Shown here one piece after another: positions 22,689 through 31,038 of a stretch of 64,000 nucleotides of DNA. Numbering within the stretch: the first letter of the stretch is position 1; each line of letters opens with the position of its first letter. This DNA comes from Alphaproteobacteria bacterium (GTDB lineage Bacteria > Pseudomonadota > Alphaproteobacteria > UBA828), in NCBI GenBank assembly GCA_965243315.1, contig CBDEUP010000007.1:2343500-2407499 (forward strand), given 5' to 3'. The notes beneath the pieces are model-generated. The model was not told the DNA's origin. It did not search any database and saw only the letters and a program-made list of their open reading frames with translations. The position numbers were made by a program, and so were the translations under genes.

Positions 22689-24233
22689 ATGAGCTGGGAG
22701 AAGGAGGTCGAGGAGCTCGCGCAGAAGCGCGCGCTCGCCCAGGCGCAGGGCGGAGAGGAGGGAGTCGCCCGTCAGCACGCGAGAGGGCTGCTCACGATCC
22801 GCGAACGGATCGACGCCATGCTCGATGGCGGCTCATTTCAGGAGCTGGGCGGTGCCTCGGGTGACGCGACTTGCGACGGAGACGGGCGGCTCGTCGACTT
22901 CTCGCCGGCGAACTTCGTGCTCGGCTTCGGCACGGTCGACGGGCGCCGTTGCGTGATTGGCGGCGAGGATTTCACCCTCCGGGGCGGCTCGCCCAACGAG
23001 GCGGGCCTACGCAAGAGCGTCTATGCGGAGGAGCTCGCCTGCACCTACCGCGTGCCGTTGGTGCGCCTGCACCAGGGCGCGGGCGGAAGCGTCGCCGGCT
23101 CCGGCTCCAAGACGGTGGGCACGCCGGTCAACGCCCCGCCGCGCTTCGCCTCCGTGGCGCGTGCGATGGCGACCGTGCCGGTCGCCTCGGCGGGGCTCGG
23201 CGCGGTCGCGGGCTTGCCGGCGGCGCGCCTGGTGGCCTCGCACTTCTCGGTGATGACCGAAACGACGCAGGTGCTGGTCGCTGGCCCCGCCGTGGTCGAG
23301 CGCGCGCTCGGCCGCCGCCCGAGCAAGGAGGCGATGGGCGGCCCGGAGGTGCATGCCAGGAACGGCGTCGTCGATAATCTGGTGGCGGACGAGCAGGCAG
23401 CTTTCGCCGAGATTCGCCGCTTCCTGAGCCACCTGCCACCGAATGTCTGGGATCTCCCGCCTTGCACGGCGACCAACGATCCGTCTGACCGGTGCGCCGA
23501 AGAGCTGATCGAGATCGTGCCGCGCAACCGGCGAAAGCTCTACGACATGCGGCGCGTGATTGCGCTGACGCTGGACGAGGGCTCCTTCTTCGAGATGGGG
23601 CGGCTCTACGGGCAGGGCACAATCACCGGCCTCGCCCGGCTCTCGGGCCAACCGGTCGGCGTGCTCGCCAACGACTGCTGGCACCTGGCCGGCGCCATGA
23701 CCGCAGCGGGCTCCCAGAAGACGCGCCGCTTCATAGAGCTCTGCGACACGTTCCACTTGCCCATCGTGAGCCTGGTCGACGAGCCCGGCTTCATGCTGGG
23801 CACGGAGGCGGAGAAGGCCGGCACGATCCGCTTCGGCGCAGCCGCCGTGTTGGCGGCGGCGAGCTCGGTGGTGCCCTGGGCGTCGGTGATCGTGCGCAAG
23901 GCACACGGCGTCGCCGTGGCCGCACATTTCGGCCCGGACGGCTTCGTCGTCGCCTGGCCTTCCGCCGAGATGGGCGCGCTGCCGGTCGAGGGCGGCGTGG
24001 CGGTGGCCTTCGGCCGCCAGATCGCCATGGCGGACGACCCCAAAGCCGAACGCGAGCGGCTCGAGGAGGAGATGTTGGAACGGCAGTCCCCGGTGCCGCG
24101 CGCGGAGAGTTTTTCCTTCCACGACCTCATCGACCCGCGCGAGACCCGCCCCGTGCTCTGCGACTGGATCGCCCGCGTCCAGCCTCTGCTGCCTCGCCTC
24201 AAGGGCCCGACGAGCTTTCCCGTGCGGCCTTAG
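22689..24233 (+). CDS. carboxyltransferase-domain protein (acyl-CoA carboxylase beta / acyl-CoA decarboxylase alpha family)
   Basis: ATG at 22689 gives 514 aa. ...ARGLLTIRERIDAMLDGGSFQELG...VIGGEDFTLRGGS... and a second half ...ITGLARLSGQPVGVLAND...FIELCDTFHLPIVSLVDEPGF... match the two-domain carboxyl_trans pattern. Confidence 0.85.
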   Translation: MSWEKEVEELAQKRALAQAQGGEEGVARQHARGLLTIRERIDAMLDGGSFQELGGASGDATCDGDGRLVDFSPANFVLGFGTVDGRRCVIGGEDFTLRGGSPNEAGLRKSVYAEELACTYRVPLVRLHQGAGGSVAGSGSKTVGTPVNAPPRFASVARAMATVPVASAGLGAVAGLPAARLVASHFSVMTETTQVLVAGPAVVERALGRRPSKEAMGGPEVHARNGVVDNLVADEQAAFAEIRRFLSHLPPNVWDLPPCTATNDPSDRCAEELIEIVPRNRRKLYDMRRVIALTLDEGSFFEMGRLYGQGTITGLARLSGQPVGVLANDCWHLAGAMTAAGSQKTRRFIELCDTFHLPIVSLVDEPGFMLGTEAEKAGTIRFGAAAVLAAASSVVPWASVIVRKAHGVAVAAHFGPDGFVVAWPSAEMGALPVEGGVAVAFGRQIAMADDPKAERERLEEEMLERQSPVPRAESFSFHDLIDPRETRPVLCDWIARVQPLLPRLKGPTSFPVRP

Positions 24234-25609
24234 TTCGCCATCGCCCGAGCACGTTCCCCAAGCGAGCGGCTGAACGGGCAGTCCGGCTTTAGCGATATGC
24301 GTTCGTTCGAGAGTGCTTGCGCGAGGCCGTGCTGGCCGTCGCGGATCGCCGCCTCGATCAGCGTTCGGTGCACGATGTCGCGCTGGGCGTGGCTGCCCCC
24401 GAAGGCTTGGGCCCGGTAGCGCACGGGCATCAGCAGGTCCACCGTCTCGCCATAGCGCTCGGCGCCGAAGGCGCGGACCGCTCGCACGATGGGCAGCCCC
24501 ACCTCGCGGGTCATGCGAGCGTTGCTGCCCTGTCCTTCCGCCACCGCTGCCGCGGCCTGTTCCAGCGCATCGGCAGCCTCGTCCCGGCTAGTGGCGACGT
24601 AGGCCATCGCCGCGTGCATGTCGTTGAACGCGTAGAAGCCGTGCTCGGCCAACGCCTCGTAGGTCGCAGCGAGCTTCTCATAGCGATCACCCGTCTCGAT
24701 CCCGCGCAGGTGGAGGCGCCAAAGCAGCGCGGCCGCATCCAGCATCTCCAGCTGGACCTCCGAAGCCTCGGGCCGGATCGCCGCGTCGTAGATTTCGAGC
24801 ACGCGGTCGAAACGATCGCTGTCGAGATTGAAGAGGGAGACGTGCCACCAGTTGTGGAAGGCGAAGCCGTTGTCGTCCTGCGCCCAATGGGTCCGGCGCC
24901 CTTCCATGAAGGCGATGCCTTCCTCCTGCCGGGCCTGCATCTCCATGATGTGGCACACTGCGTGCTGAGCCCAGCAGTCGTCCGGCTCCAGGTCGATGGC
25001 CTGCCGACCGGCGTCCTCCGCCGCGCCGTAGTCGCCGCACTCCTCCAGCCCGAAGGCGGCCATGCCCAGCAGGAAGCCGTATCCGGGGTCGTCTCTGGTG
25101 TAGGCCGGGAGCGCGCGGGCGACGCGGCCGCGCAGGTTGTCCCGGTTGCCGAGGAAGAAGTCGGAGAGATGGCCGACCTGGAGCGCCACCACGTCACGCG
25201 GCTCGTCGGCGACGATGCGGTCGAGCCGTGCCGACATCCCGTCCCAATCGCCGGCGGTCCAGTCCGCGATCGCCGCGATGTGGGCGCGTTCGCGCTCCGT
25301 GGCCGTACCCCCAAGTTCGTCGAGGCGGCCAAGCATCGCCTCGACGTCGGGGAGCACGCTCTGCTCCCAGAGCATGGTGTGCATCTCGGCGCGGAAGATA
25401 TGCCCCGCGACGAAGTCGGGATCGTCTGCCAGTGCCCGGTCGATGGTCTCGACCGCATCGCCCCGGTAGCACTGGAACTGGCGTATCGCCTCCTCCAGAA
25501 TCTCCAGGCTCTTGGGATTGGTCGCCGATGTCGGCACGCCGCGCGCGTCACTCAGGGCCACGGATCTGTCCTCTTCGTCGTCTTGAGCCGAGGCGAAGCA
25601 AGCCAGCAA
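24230..25609 (-). CDS. tetratricopeptide-repeat protein, TTC38-like
   Basis: 459 aa. Helical TPR-like sequence (...FGLEECGDYGAAEDAGRQAIDLEPDDCWAQHAVCHIMEMQ...) recalled as the TTC38 family. The stop overlaps the stop of the convergent carboxyltransferase gene. Confidence 0.7.
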   Translation of the reverse strand: MLACFASAQDDEEDRSVALSDARGVPTSATNPKSLEILEEAIRQFQCYRGDAVETIDRALADDPDFVAGHIFRAEMHTMLWEQSVLPDVEAMLGRLDELGGTATERERAHIAAIADWTAGDWDGMSARLDRIVADEPRDVVALQVGHLSDFFLGNRDNLRGRVARALPAYTRDDPGYGFLLGMAAFGLEECGDYGAAEDAGRQAIDLEPDDCWAQHAVCHIMEMQARQEEGIAFMEGRRTHWAQDDNGFAFHNWWHVSLFNLDSDRFDRVLEIYDAAIRPEASEVQLEMLDAAALLWRLHLRGIETGDRYEKLAATYEALAEHGFYAFNDMHAAMAYVATSRDEAADALEQAAAAVAEGQGSNARMTREVGLPIVRAVRAFGAERYGETVDLLMPVRYRAQAFGGSHAQRDIVHRTLIEAAIRDGQHGLAQALSNERISLKPDCPFSRSLGERARAMAN

Positions 25610-25651
25610 TTCGGCGATCCGTCCAGCCGTTTCGGGCCGAGGGTAGGGTCG

Positions 25652-26848
25652 TCACGCGGCGCGCGTACGCCACGAGAGGCTTGCGGCCAGCGCGGCGGCG
25701 ACGGCAAGCGCGGCCGTGGCCAGCAGCGACGGCACCAGGTAACCGCCGAGCGCGTCGAAGAGCACGCCGGCGAGCGTCGGGCCCACCATCTGGCCCAGCC
25801 CCCAGGCCGCGGTCATCAGCGCCAGATTGCGGCGCGGGTCACCGGCCGAGCGGTGGCGGGCCTCGATGAGCCCAATCGCCGTCAACCCCACGAATGTCCC
25901 GCCGAGCAGGCCGGACGCGAGCAGGATCGACCAGACGCCACCGCCCAGCACGCTGAGCGCAACGCCCACCGCCTCGATCAAGCAGCCGACCGCGAAGGCG
26001 CGCTCATTGCCCCAGCGCCGCCCGGCCCAGCCCCAGAGCGCCACCGAGGGCGCCGCCGTCAATCCGACGCAGAGCCAGACCCAATGCTCCACCGGCTGCA
26101 GCACGGGATCAGCGCGCACCATGTCGGAGACGAAGGTGGCGGTGATGACATAGCCGAAGCCGACCAGGCCGTAGGCGAAGATCAGCCGGAAGAGACCACC
26201 GTCCCTCGTGTCGGTCCGGGCGCTTGGCGCTGCCGTTGCCCTCCCTTGCGGCCTCGGCAGCAACGCCGCAACCGGGATCGAGAGAGCGAGGCAGAGTACA
26301 CCGCAGAAGAACCACGGGCTTTGCCAGTCACCGGCTCCCGATGCCGCCGCCGGCACCGCCAGGGAGGAAATCGCGATACCGCTGCCCACGCCCGCATACA
26401 TCACCGCGGCCCAGCCATCCCGGCCATCGGCGGCAAGCCGGTCCATGACCAGGGAGGACGCGAGCACCATCACCAGTGCGCCGGCGGCCCCGCCCACGAA
26501 GCGCAGGAACAGGAACGCGCCCAGGCTCGTCGTGAACGTCATGGCGCCGGCGCTGAGCCCGCTCACCGCGAGCGCGCCCAGCAGCCAGAAGCGCGCATCG
26601 CCCGGCACCGCCCGCCACGCCGCCGCGAGCGCGCCCAGGAGGTAGCCCAGGTAGTTGGCCGAGGCGATCAGGCCCGCCTCCGACTTGGCGAGGTCGAGGC
26701 CGGCGGTCATGTAGGGCAGGATCGGCGTGTAGGCGAAGCGTCCGATGCCGATTCCGACCGCCAGCGACAGAAGGCCCGCCAGAGCCAGCAGCGCCGGATG
26801 GCGGGCGCGTCGCGGCTCCATCAGAGCGTCCGATGCCGGGGACCGCAA
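25652..26848 (-). CDS. MFS transporter, YbfB/YjiJ-like
   Basis: 398 aa with about 12 hydrophobic segments. The N-terminus ...GIGIGRFAYTPILPYMTAGLDLAKSEAGLIASANYLGYLLGA is typical of the YbfB/YjiJ family. The start could be the internal ATG (MEPRR) at 26821. Confidence 0.8.
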   Translation of the reverse strand: MRSPASDALMEPRRARHPALLALAGLLSLAVGIGIGRFAYTPILPYMTAGLDLAKSEAGLIASANYLGYLLGALAAAWRAVPGDARFWLLGALAVSGLSAGAMTFTTSLGAFLFLRFVGGAAGALVMVLASSLVMDRLAADGRDGWAAVMYAGVGSGIAISSLAVPAAASGAGDWQSPWFFCGVLCLALSIPVAALLPRPQGRATAAPSARTDTRDGGLFRLIFAYGLVGFGYVITATFVSDMVRADPVLQPVEHWVWLCVGLTAAPSVALWGWAGRRWGNERAFAVGCLIEAVGVALSVLGGGVWSILLASGLLGGTFVGLTAIGLIEARHRSAGDPRRNLALMTAAWGLGQMVGPTLAGVLFDALGGYLVPSLLATAALAVAAALAASLSWRTRAA

Positions 26849-26878
26849 TCGCGCCCCCCGACGCCACGGGTTACGAAC

Positions 26879-27565
26879 TCAGAGGATCGTGGCGTCCAGC
26901 ATCTGATGCGCCGCGTCGGTCGGGCCCCATACGCTGTCCGGGTGAAACACCAGCACGTCGAGTGCGTCTTCGCCGGTCTCGAAATGGTGACGCTCCCCTG
27001 CGGGAATTTTCCACGCCATGCCAGGGTGCAGGACCATTGGAGCCCCGGATTCATGGTGCGCCAAACCTCGGCCCCGAACCACCATTCCGATGCGATCGCT
27101 CGGATGATGATGCTCGGTCTGCACGGTACCGGCAACGATGTGCAGGTGGTTCACGCACGGATCGCCTTTTTGGGGTGGCATGACAAGCAGCGAGGACGAA
27201 CAGCCGTCGATGTACTTGTTGCGTCCGACATCCTCTACGTAGCCGCCGCACGGCGGCAGGGCCATGCCGGCGTCGAGAATGAGCATCTCGTTACGGCGGT
27301 AGGGTGGCATGAGAAACCCGCCCACCGAGAATGCGGGCCGCATGTCATGCAGGACCGTGTTCAGGTTGTCCGGATTTCCCCAAAGGGCCAGCTCGAAGAA
27401 GCACACCTGGTCAGGAGAGGGATTGCGGGCGACCGTTGCCGCGCCTGCGGTTGCGAGTTCCTGCACGGAGCCCTCCCGCGCTGTTGAGGCTTCAGGACTC
27501 GATGTGGGGCGGCCTCGACAAAGCCGCCAATACCGTTTTCTGTCGGTATAGATAATGAATTCCAA
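26879..27565 (-). CDS. cupin-domain protein (start uncertain)
   Basis: The C-terminal part ...HHHPSDRIGMVVRGRGLAHHESGAPMVLHPGMAWKIPAGERHHFE... looks like a cupin metal motif. The ORF-track start is a TTG in an AT-rich stretch, and internal ATGs are possible. Confidence 0.6.
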   Translation of the reverse strand: MEFIIYTDRKRYWRLCRGRPTSSPEASTAREGSVQELATAGAATVARNPSPDQVCFFELALWGNPDNLNTVLHDMRPAFSVGGFLMPPYRRNEMLILDAGMALPPCGGYVEDVGRNKYIDGCSSSLLVMPPQKGDPCVNHLHIVAGTVQTEHHHPSDRIGMVVRGRGLAHHESGAPMVLHPGMAWKIPAGERHHFETGEDALDVLVFHPDSVWGPTDAAHQMLDATIL

Positions 27566-27681
27566 TGAAGCGCTGTCCCTGGCGATTTCCGCCGCGCTTC
27601 GTCAAGACTCAACCAAGGTGGTATGACTCCCATTCAATGGTGCCCGCGTGCGGGTTTCCATGCGCCCGTGACTAAGGAGCA

Positions 27682-28083
27682 ATGCCGATGTCTGCAAGAA
27701 GCGTCGTGGAGGGCTTCCTCGGCCAGCTCGCGGGCGGAGACGCCGCCGCCATCGTCGCCATGTTCACCGACGACGCGGTGATCGACATGCCGGGCGGCGC
27801 CGACCTGCCCTGGGCGGGGTGCTGGCAGGGCCGAGCGGCGATCGAGGACTACTTCCAGGTCATGCCGGCTGCGCTCGCCATGCACGAGCACGTCATCAAG
27901 ACCTGGGTCGTCGACGGCGACACCGTTTCCGTCAACGGCGAGGAGGCCGGATCGTCGAAAGTCAGTGGCAAGCACTACCGCGCGAAGTGGTGCTGGGTCT
28001 TCACCGTGCGCGACGGCAAAATCGCCGTCTGGGACGCCTACGAGGACACGCAGGCGCTCTCTTCCTGCGGCCCCTGGCGCTAG
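27682..28083 (+). CDS. SnoaL-like / NTF2-fold protein
   Basis: 133 aa. ...VVEGFLGQLAGGDAAAIVAMFTDDAVIDMPG...KWCWVFTVRDGKIAVWDAYEDT matches the SnoaL/ketosteroid-isomerase-like pattern. GGAG lies upstream. Confidence 0.72.
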   Translation: MPMSARSVVEGFLGQLAGGDAAAIVAMFTDDAVIDMPGGADLPWAGCWQGRAAIEDYFQVMPAALAMHEHVIKTWVVDGDTVSVNGEEAGSSKVSGKHYRAKWCWVFTVRDGKIAVWDAYEDTQALSSCGPWR

Positions 28084-28095
28084 GCGATTAGCCGC

Positions 28096-29355
28096 TTGGC
28101 CGGCACGGACGAAACCGAGGTGAGCGGCGCTGCAGAAGGCGGTGCGGCGAGCACCCACGTGACCCGAACTCGCTGGAGCGTCGTCGCGGGCGCAATCTTT
28201 GTAAGCATCATCGTCGGCTACGCCGTCGGCAAGGTGCCGCCGACCATCGGGCTGGTCTCCGACGAGTTCGGGCTCGACAAGATCGCCGCCGGCTGGCTCG
28301 CCTCCATCTTCTTCGCCTACGGTGCGGGCTTCGGCGTGCTGACGGGGATGACCGGGTCGCGCGTCGGCGCTCGCGCGCTTCTGCTGACGGGCGCTCTCGT
28401 TCTTGTCTTGAGCGGTGTCGCCGGCGCTCTCGCGACCAGCGCTGCCGTGCTGCTCGCGGTCCGGGTCTTCGAGGGGATCAGCTTCGCCGCCATCGTGGCC
28501 TCGGCCCCCAAGATCACCGTCGACGCCTCGCGGCCCGAGGATCGCAACCTCACGCTTGGCATCTGGAGCGGCTACATGCCGGGCGGGATGGCGCTCGCCA
28601 TGATCGTGGCGCCCTTCCTCGCCGAGCCGTTGGGCTGGCGCTGCCTTTGGTGGCTCATGGCCGGCGCGGCGCTGATTGCGACGGTGCTCGCGGTGGTGGG
28701 TACCGCGCGCCGGCGCTGGCCCGAGCAGCCGCGCCGAGACGCAGACGCGGGCTTCGACTGGGCCGGTGTGCGGGCGACGCTGCCGGTCGGCGCACTCTGG
28801 CTCTTCGGCGGCGCCTTCCTGCTTTTCACGATCCAATGGTTCGCGATCGCCGCGTGGCTGCCGACCTTCCTGACCGAGACGCAGGGCCGAGGGCCCGTCG
28901 GCGCCGCGCTCTTCTCGGCGCTGGTGGTGGGGATGAACGTCACCGGCAACATGATCGGCGGCTGGCTGATGCACCAGGGGGTGCCGCGCTTCGCTCTGGT
29001 TGGGGCGGCGAACGTCATCATGGCCGTCAGCGGCGCGTTGATCCTTGCGGGCTTCGTGCCGGACGACGCCAAGATCCCGCTCGCAATTATTTTCAGCGGC
29101 GGCAGCGGCATCCTGCCTGCGGCCGCGTACGCGGGCGCGGCGAAGCATGCGCCGAAGCCGGCTCTCGTGACGATGGCCAACGGCTTCATGGCCCAGGGGG
29201 CGGCAATTGGCATGTTGCTGGGGCCGCCGCTGATGGCCGTGGTGGTCGGCGGCCTCGGCAGCTGGGAGGCCGCCTGGTGGTGCATGCTGATCTGCCCGGC
29301 CATTGGCCTTGCCATCACGGCTCGCCTGTTCGGGATCGAACGCCGCGAACTGTGA
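28096..29355 (+). CDS. MFS transporter
   Basis: 419 aa with about 12 TM segments. TTG start per the ORF track, and the true start is uncertain. Confidence 0.78.
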   Translation: MAGTDETEVSGAAEGGAASTHVTRTRWSVVAGAIFVSIIVGYAVGKVPPTIGLVSDEFGLDKIAAGWLASIFFAYGAGFGVLTGMTGSRVGARALLLTGALVLVLSGVAGALATSAAVLLAVRVFEGISFAAIVASAPKITVDASRPEDRNLTLGIWSGYMPGGMALAMIVAPFLAEPLGWRCLWWLMAGAALIATVLAVVGTARRRWPEQPRRDADAGFDWAGVRATLPVGALWLFGGAFLLFTIQWFAIAAWLPTFLTETQGRGPVGAALFSALVVGMNVTGNMIGGWLMHQGVPRFALVGAANVIMAVSGALILAGFVPDDAKIPLAIIFSGGSGILPAAAYAGAAKHAPKPALVTMANGFMAQGAAIGMLLGPPLMAVVVGGLGSWEAAWWCMLICPAIGLAITARLFGIERREL

Positions 29356-29374
29356 CCCCGGAGCGAAGCCTGGG

Positions 29375-30313
29375 CTAGGAGCGCGCGGTGTCGACCGAGC
29401 GGCCGGCGAATATCTCGCCGCGCTGAATCACCAGGCTTGCCGCCAGCACGATGACGACACCGGGGATGGTGAGCATGCTCGGCAGGCCCTTGCCCAGCGC
29501 CCAGTCGATGACGAGCACGAGGGCTGGCAGAACGTAGCTGTATGACTGGACGCGGGTCGGGCCAATTCTGATGGTGCCCCACTGCATCAGGAACGAGGCG
29601 ATCACTGTCGAGCAGATCGCGACGAAGACGACCCCGCCGTAGGCGAAGAGCGGTGCATCCATCCACGCCGTGGTCCATAGCGCTTCGTTCGCGATGAGCA
29701 GGAACAGCACAGCGTTGATGGTCGCGATCCAAAAGGTCATGACCAACACCGGCTCGCCCCGGTGGAAGAGCTTGACCAGTGGGCTGTAGAAGCCCATCGC
29801 GACGCAGCCGGCGAAGTAGATCAGGTCGCCTTCGTTGAGGTCGAGGGCGACGAAGCGGTCCCAATCGCCGCGGAAGACGACCCATAGCGCACCGATCAGG
29901 CCGATACCGAGCGCCGCGAGACGATGCCAGCCCAGCCGCTCGCCGACGAGGATCGCACCGGCGATCGCCGTGAGGCCGGGGATCAGGGTCGAGATCGCGC
30001 CGGTGTTGAGCGCGCTGGTGGTACGCAGGCTGTAGAACATGCACCAGAAGAATGCGACCAGCGACGTGCTGATCGCCGCGTAGCCCGCAAGCGTGCGCCA
30101 ACCCGGCCAGGCGATGCCGTGGCGCCAGGCGACCAGCGGCGCGAAGATCGCCATCGCCAGACCGAAGCGGATGAACATTAGCGCGCCGGTGTTCAGCTCG
30201 TTGGCGATGGCCTCGCCCACCGGATAGCTGAACGAGATAAGGAACATGGCGACGAACACCGCGGCGTGGACACCGGGCGTGGAAACGTCGCGCGGGGGCT
30301 GGGACTTCGTCAT
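29375..30313 (-). CDS. EamA/DMT-family transporter
   Basis: Internal ATG at 30313 (MTKSQPPRD...) gives 312 aa with two EamA-like 5-TM halves. The 184 aa upstream in the ORF track are non-membrane-like and run antisense to the hsp20 leader, so they are rejected. Confidence 0.8.
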   Translation of the reverse strand: MTKSQPPRDVSTPGVHAAVFVAMFLISFSYPVGEAIANELNTGALMFIRFGLAMAIFAPLVAWRHGIAWPGWRTLAGYAAISTSLVAFFWCMFYSLRTTSALNTGAISTLIPGLTAIAGAILVGERLGWHRLAALGIGLIGALWVVFRGDWDRFVALDLNEGDLIYFAGCVAMGFYSPLVKLFHRGEPVLVMTFWIATINAVLFLLIANEALWTTAWMDAPLFAYGGVVFVAICSTVIASFLMQWGTIRIGPTRVQSYSYVLPALVLVIDWALGKGLPSMLTIPGVVIVLAASLVIQRGEIFAGRSVDTARS

Positions 30314-30469
30314 GGCGCGCCACCGTGGCGCAGGGCCGCGCACAGGTCCAGCGCGGGCCTCGCGCGCCGGGCTTGAAACGCGGTTAGCGCATAACCAAGT
30401 GATTGGTGCCCGAGGGGGTGCCACGGATTGGGCTCCCGGCAGGGCATGGAACCGGTCCGGCCATAACGG

Positions 30470-30511
30470 CGGACCACTGACTGACTTGCTTATGAAAGGA
30501 GTCACATCATG
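30470..30511 (+). promoter_or_regulatory. ROSE-like RNA thermometer hairpin occluding the hsp20 Shine-Dalgarno and AUG
   Basis: GACUUGCU (30483-30490) can pair with AGGAGUC (30497-30503), leaving G30488 bulged. UGA (30478-80) pairs with UCA (30507-09), next to the AUG at 30509. The CUUGCU / bulged-G / AGGAG arrangement is the hallmark of ROSE elements upstream of alphaproteobacterial small-HSP genes. Confidence 0.45.
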
Positions 30512-30961
30512 CGTGCATTCGATCTTTCCCCGCTCTTCAGCACCACGGTCGGTTTCGACCGGATGGCCCGGCTGCTCGAGCAGGTGCCGAGCGAGACGGC
30601 GCCGACCTATCCGCCCTACAACATCCAGAAGATGGACGAGAACGCTTACCGCGTGACGCTGGCCGTCGCCGGCTTCGGCGATGACGAGATCAGCATCGAG
30701 GTGAAGGAGAACCTGCTCACCGTCGCGGGCAAGTTCGCCAAGGAGAATGGCGCGAACGAGAGCTATCTCCACCGTGGCATCGCCACCCGCGCGTTCGAGC
30801 GGCGCTTCAACCTCGCCGATCACATCCAGGTGACGGGCGCGGCGCTCGACAAGGGGTTGCTGCACATCGACCTGGTGCGCGAGCTCCCCGAAGCGCTCAA
30901 GGCGCGCAAGATCGCCATTGAGACCGGCGGCCAGAAGCGGATCGACCGCAAGGCCTCCTGA
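30509..30961 (+). CDS. small heat-shock protein, Hsp20/IbpA family
   Basis: 150 aa with an alpha-crystallin domain (...PPYNIQKMDENAYRVTLAVAGFGDDEISIEVKENLLTVAGK...RAFERRFNLADHIQVTGAALDKGLLHIDL). Confidence 0.93.
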   Translation: MRAFDLSPLFSTTVGFDRMARLLEQVPSETAPTYPPYNIQKMDENAYRVTLAVAGFGDDEISIEVKENLLTVAGKFAKENGANESYLHRGIATRAFERRFNLADHIQVTGAALDKGLLHIDLVRELPEALKARKIAIETGGQKRIDRKAS

Positions 30962-31006
30962 TCGGCCGGGATCGCCGGATCGTCTTGCGATCCTGGTGAA
31001 GTGAGT

Positions 31007-31038
31007 GGGGCGCGGGCCAATAGGCTCGCGCCCCTTTG
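31007..31038 (+). terminator. intrinsic terminator after hsp20
   Basis: GGGGCGCGGGCC-AATA-GGCTCGCGCCCC forms an approximately 12-bp stem followed by TTTG, about 45 nt after the hsp20 stop. Confidence 0.6.

Noticed and set aside
24230-24233. Convergent overlap of the stop codons of the carboxyltransferase (+) and TTC38-like (-) genes (CTTAG).
   Set aside because: A 4-nt tail-to-tail overlap is a common compaction artefact. I see no hairpin or regulatory signal attached to it.
24317-27487. Very long ORF-track entries antisense to confidently called genes. Examples: 1056 aa at 24317..27487 (+), 526 aa at 1088..2668 (-), 609 aa at 2738..4567 (-), 526 aa at 16782..18362 (-), 583 aa at 28572..30323 (-) and 469 aa at 55631..57040 (-).
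   Set aside because: Their translations are Arg/Ala/Pro/Gly-rich low-complexity sequence typical of stop-poor alternative frames in high-GC DNA. They overlap genes with clear family signatures and show no motifs of their own.
30372-30396. CTTGAA ... GCGCATAA as a sigma32-type heat-shock promoter for hsp20.
   Set aside because: The spacing between the two elements is about 9 nt, far from the 13-17 nt expected. It may be chance. ROSE-controlled genes usually use housekeeping promoters.
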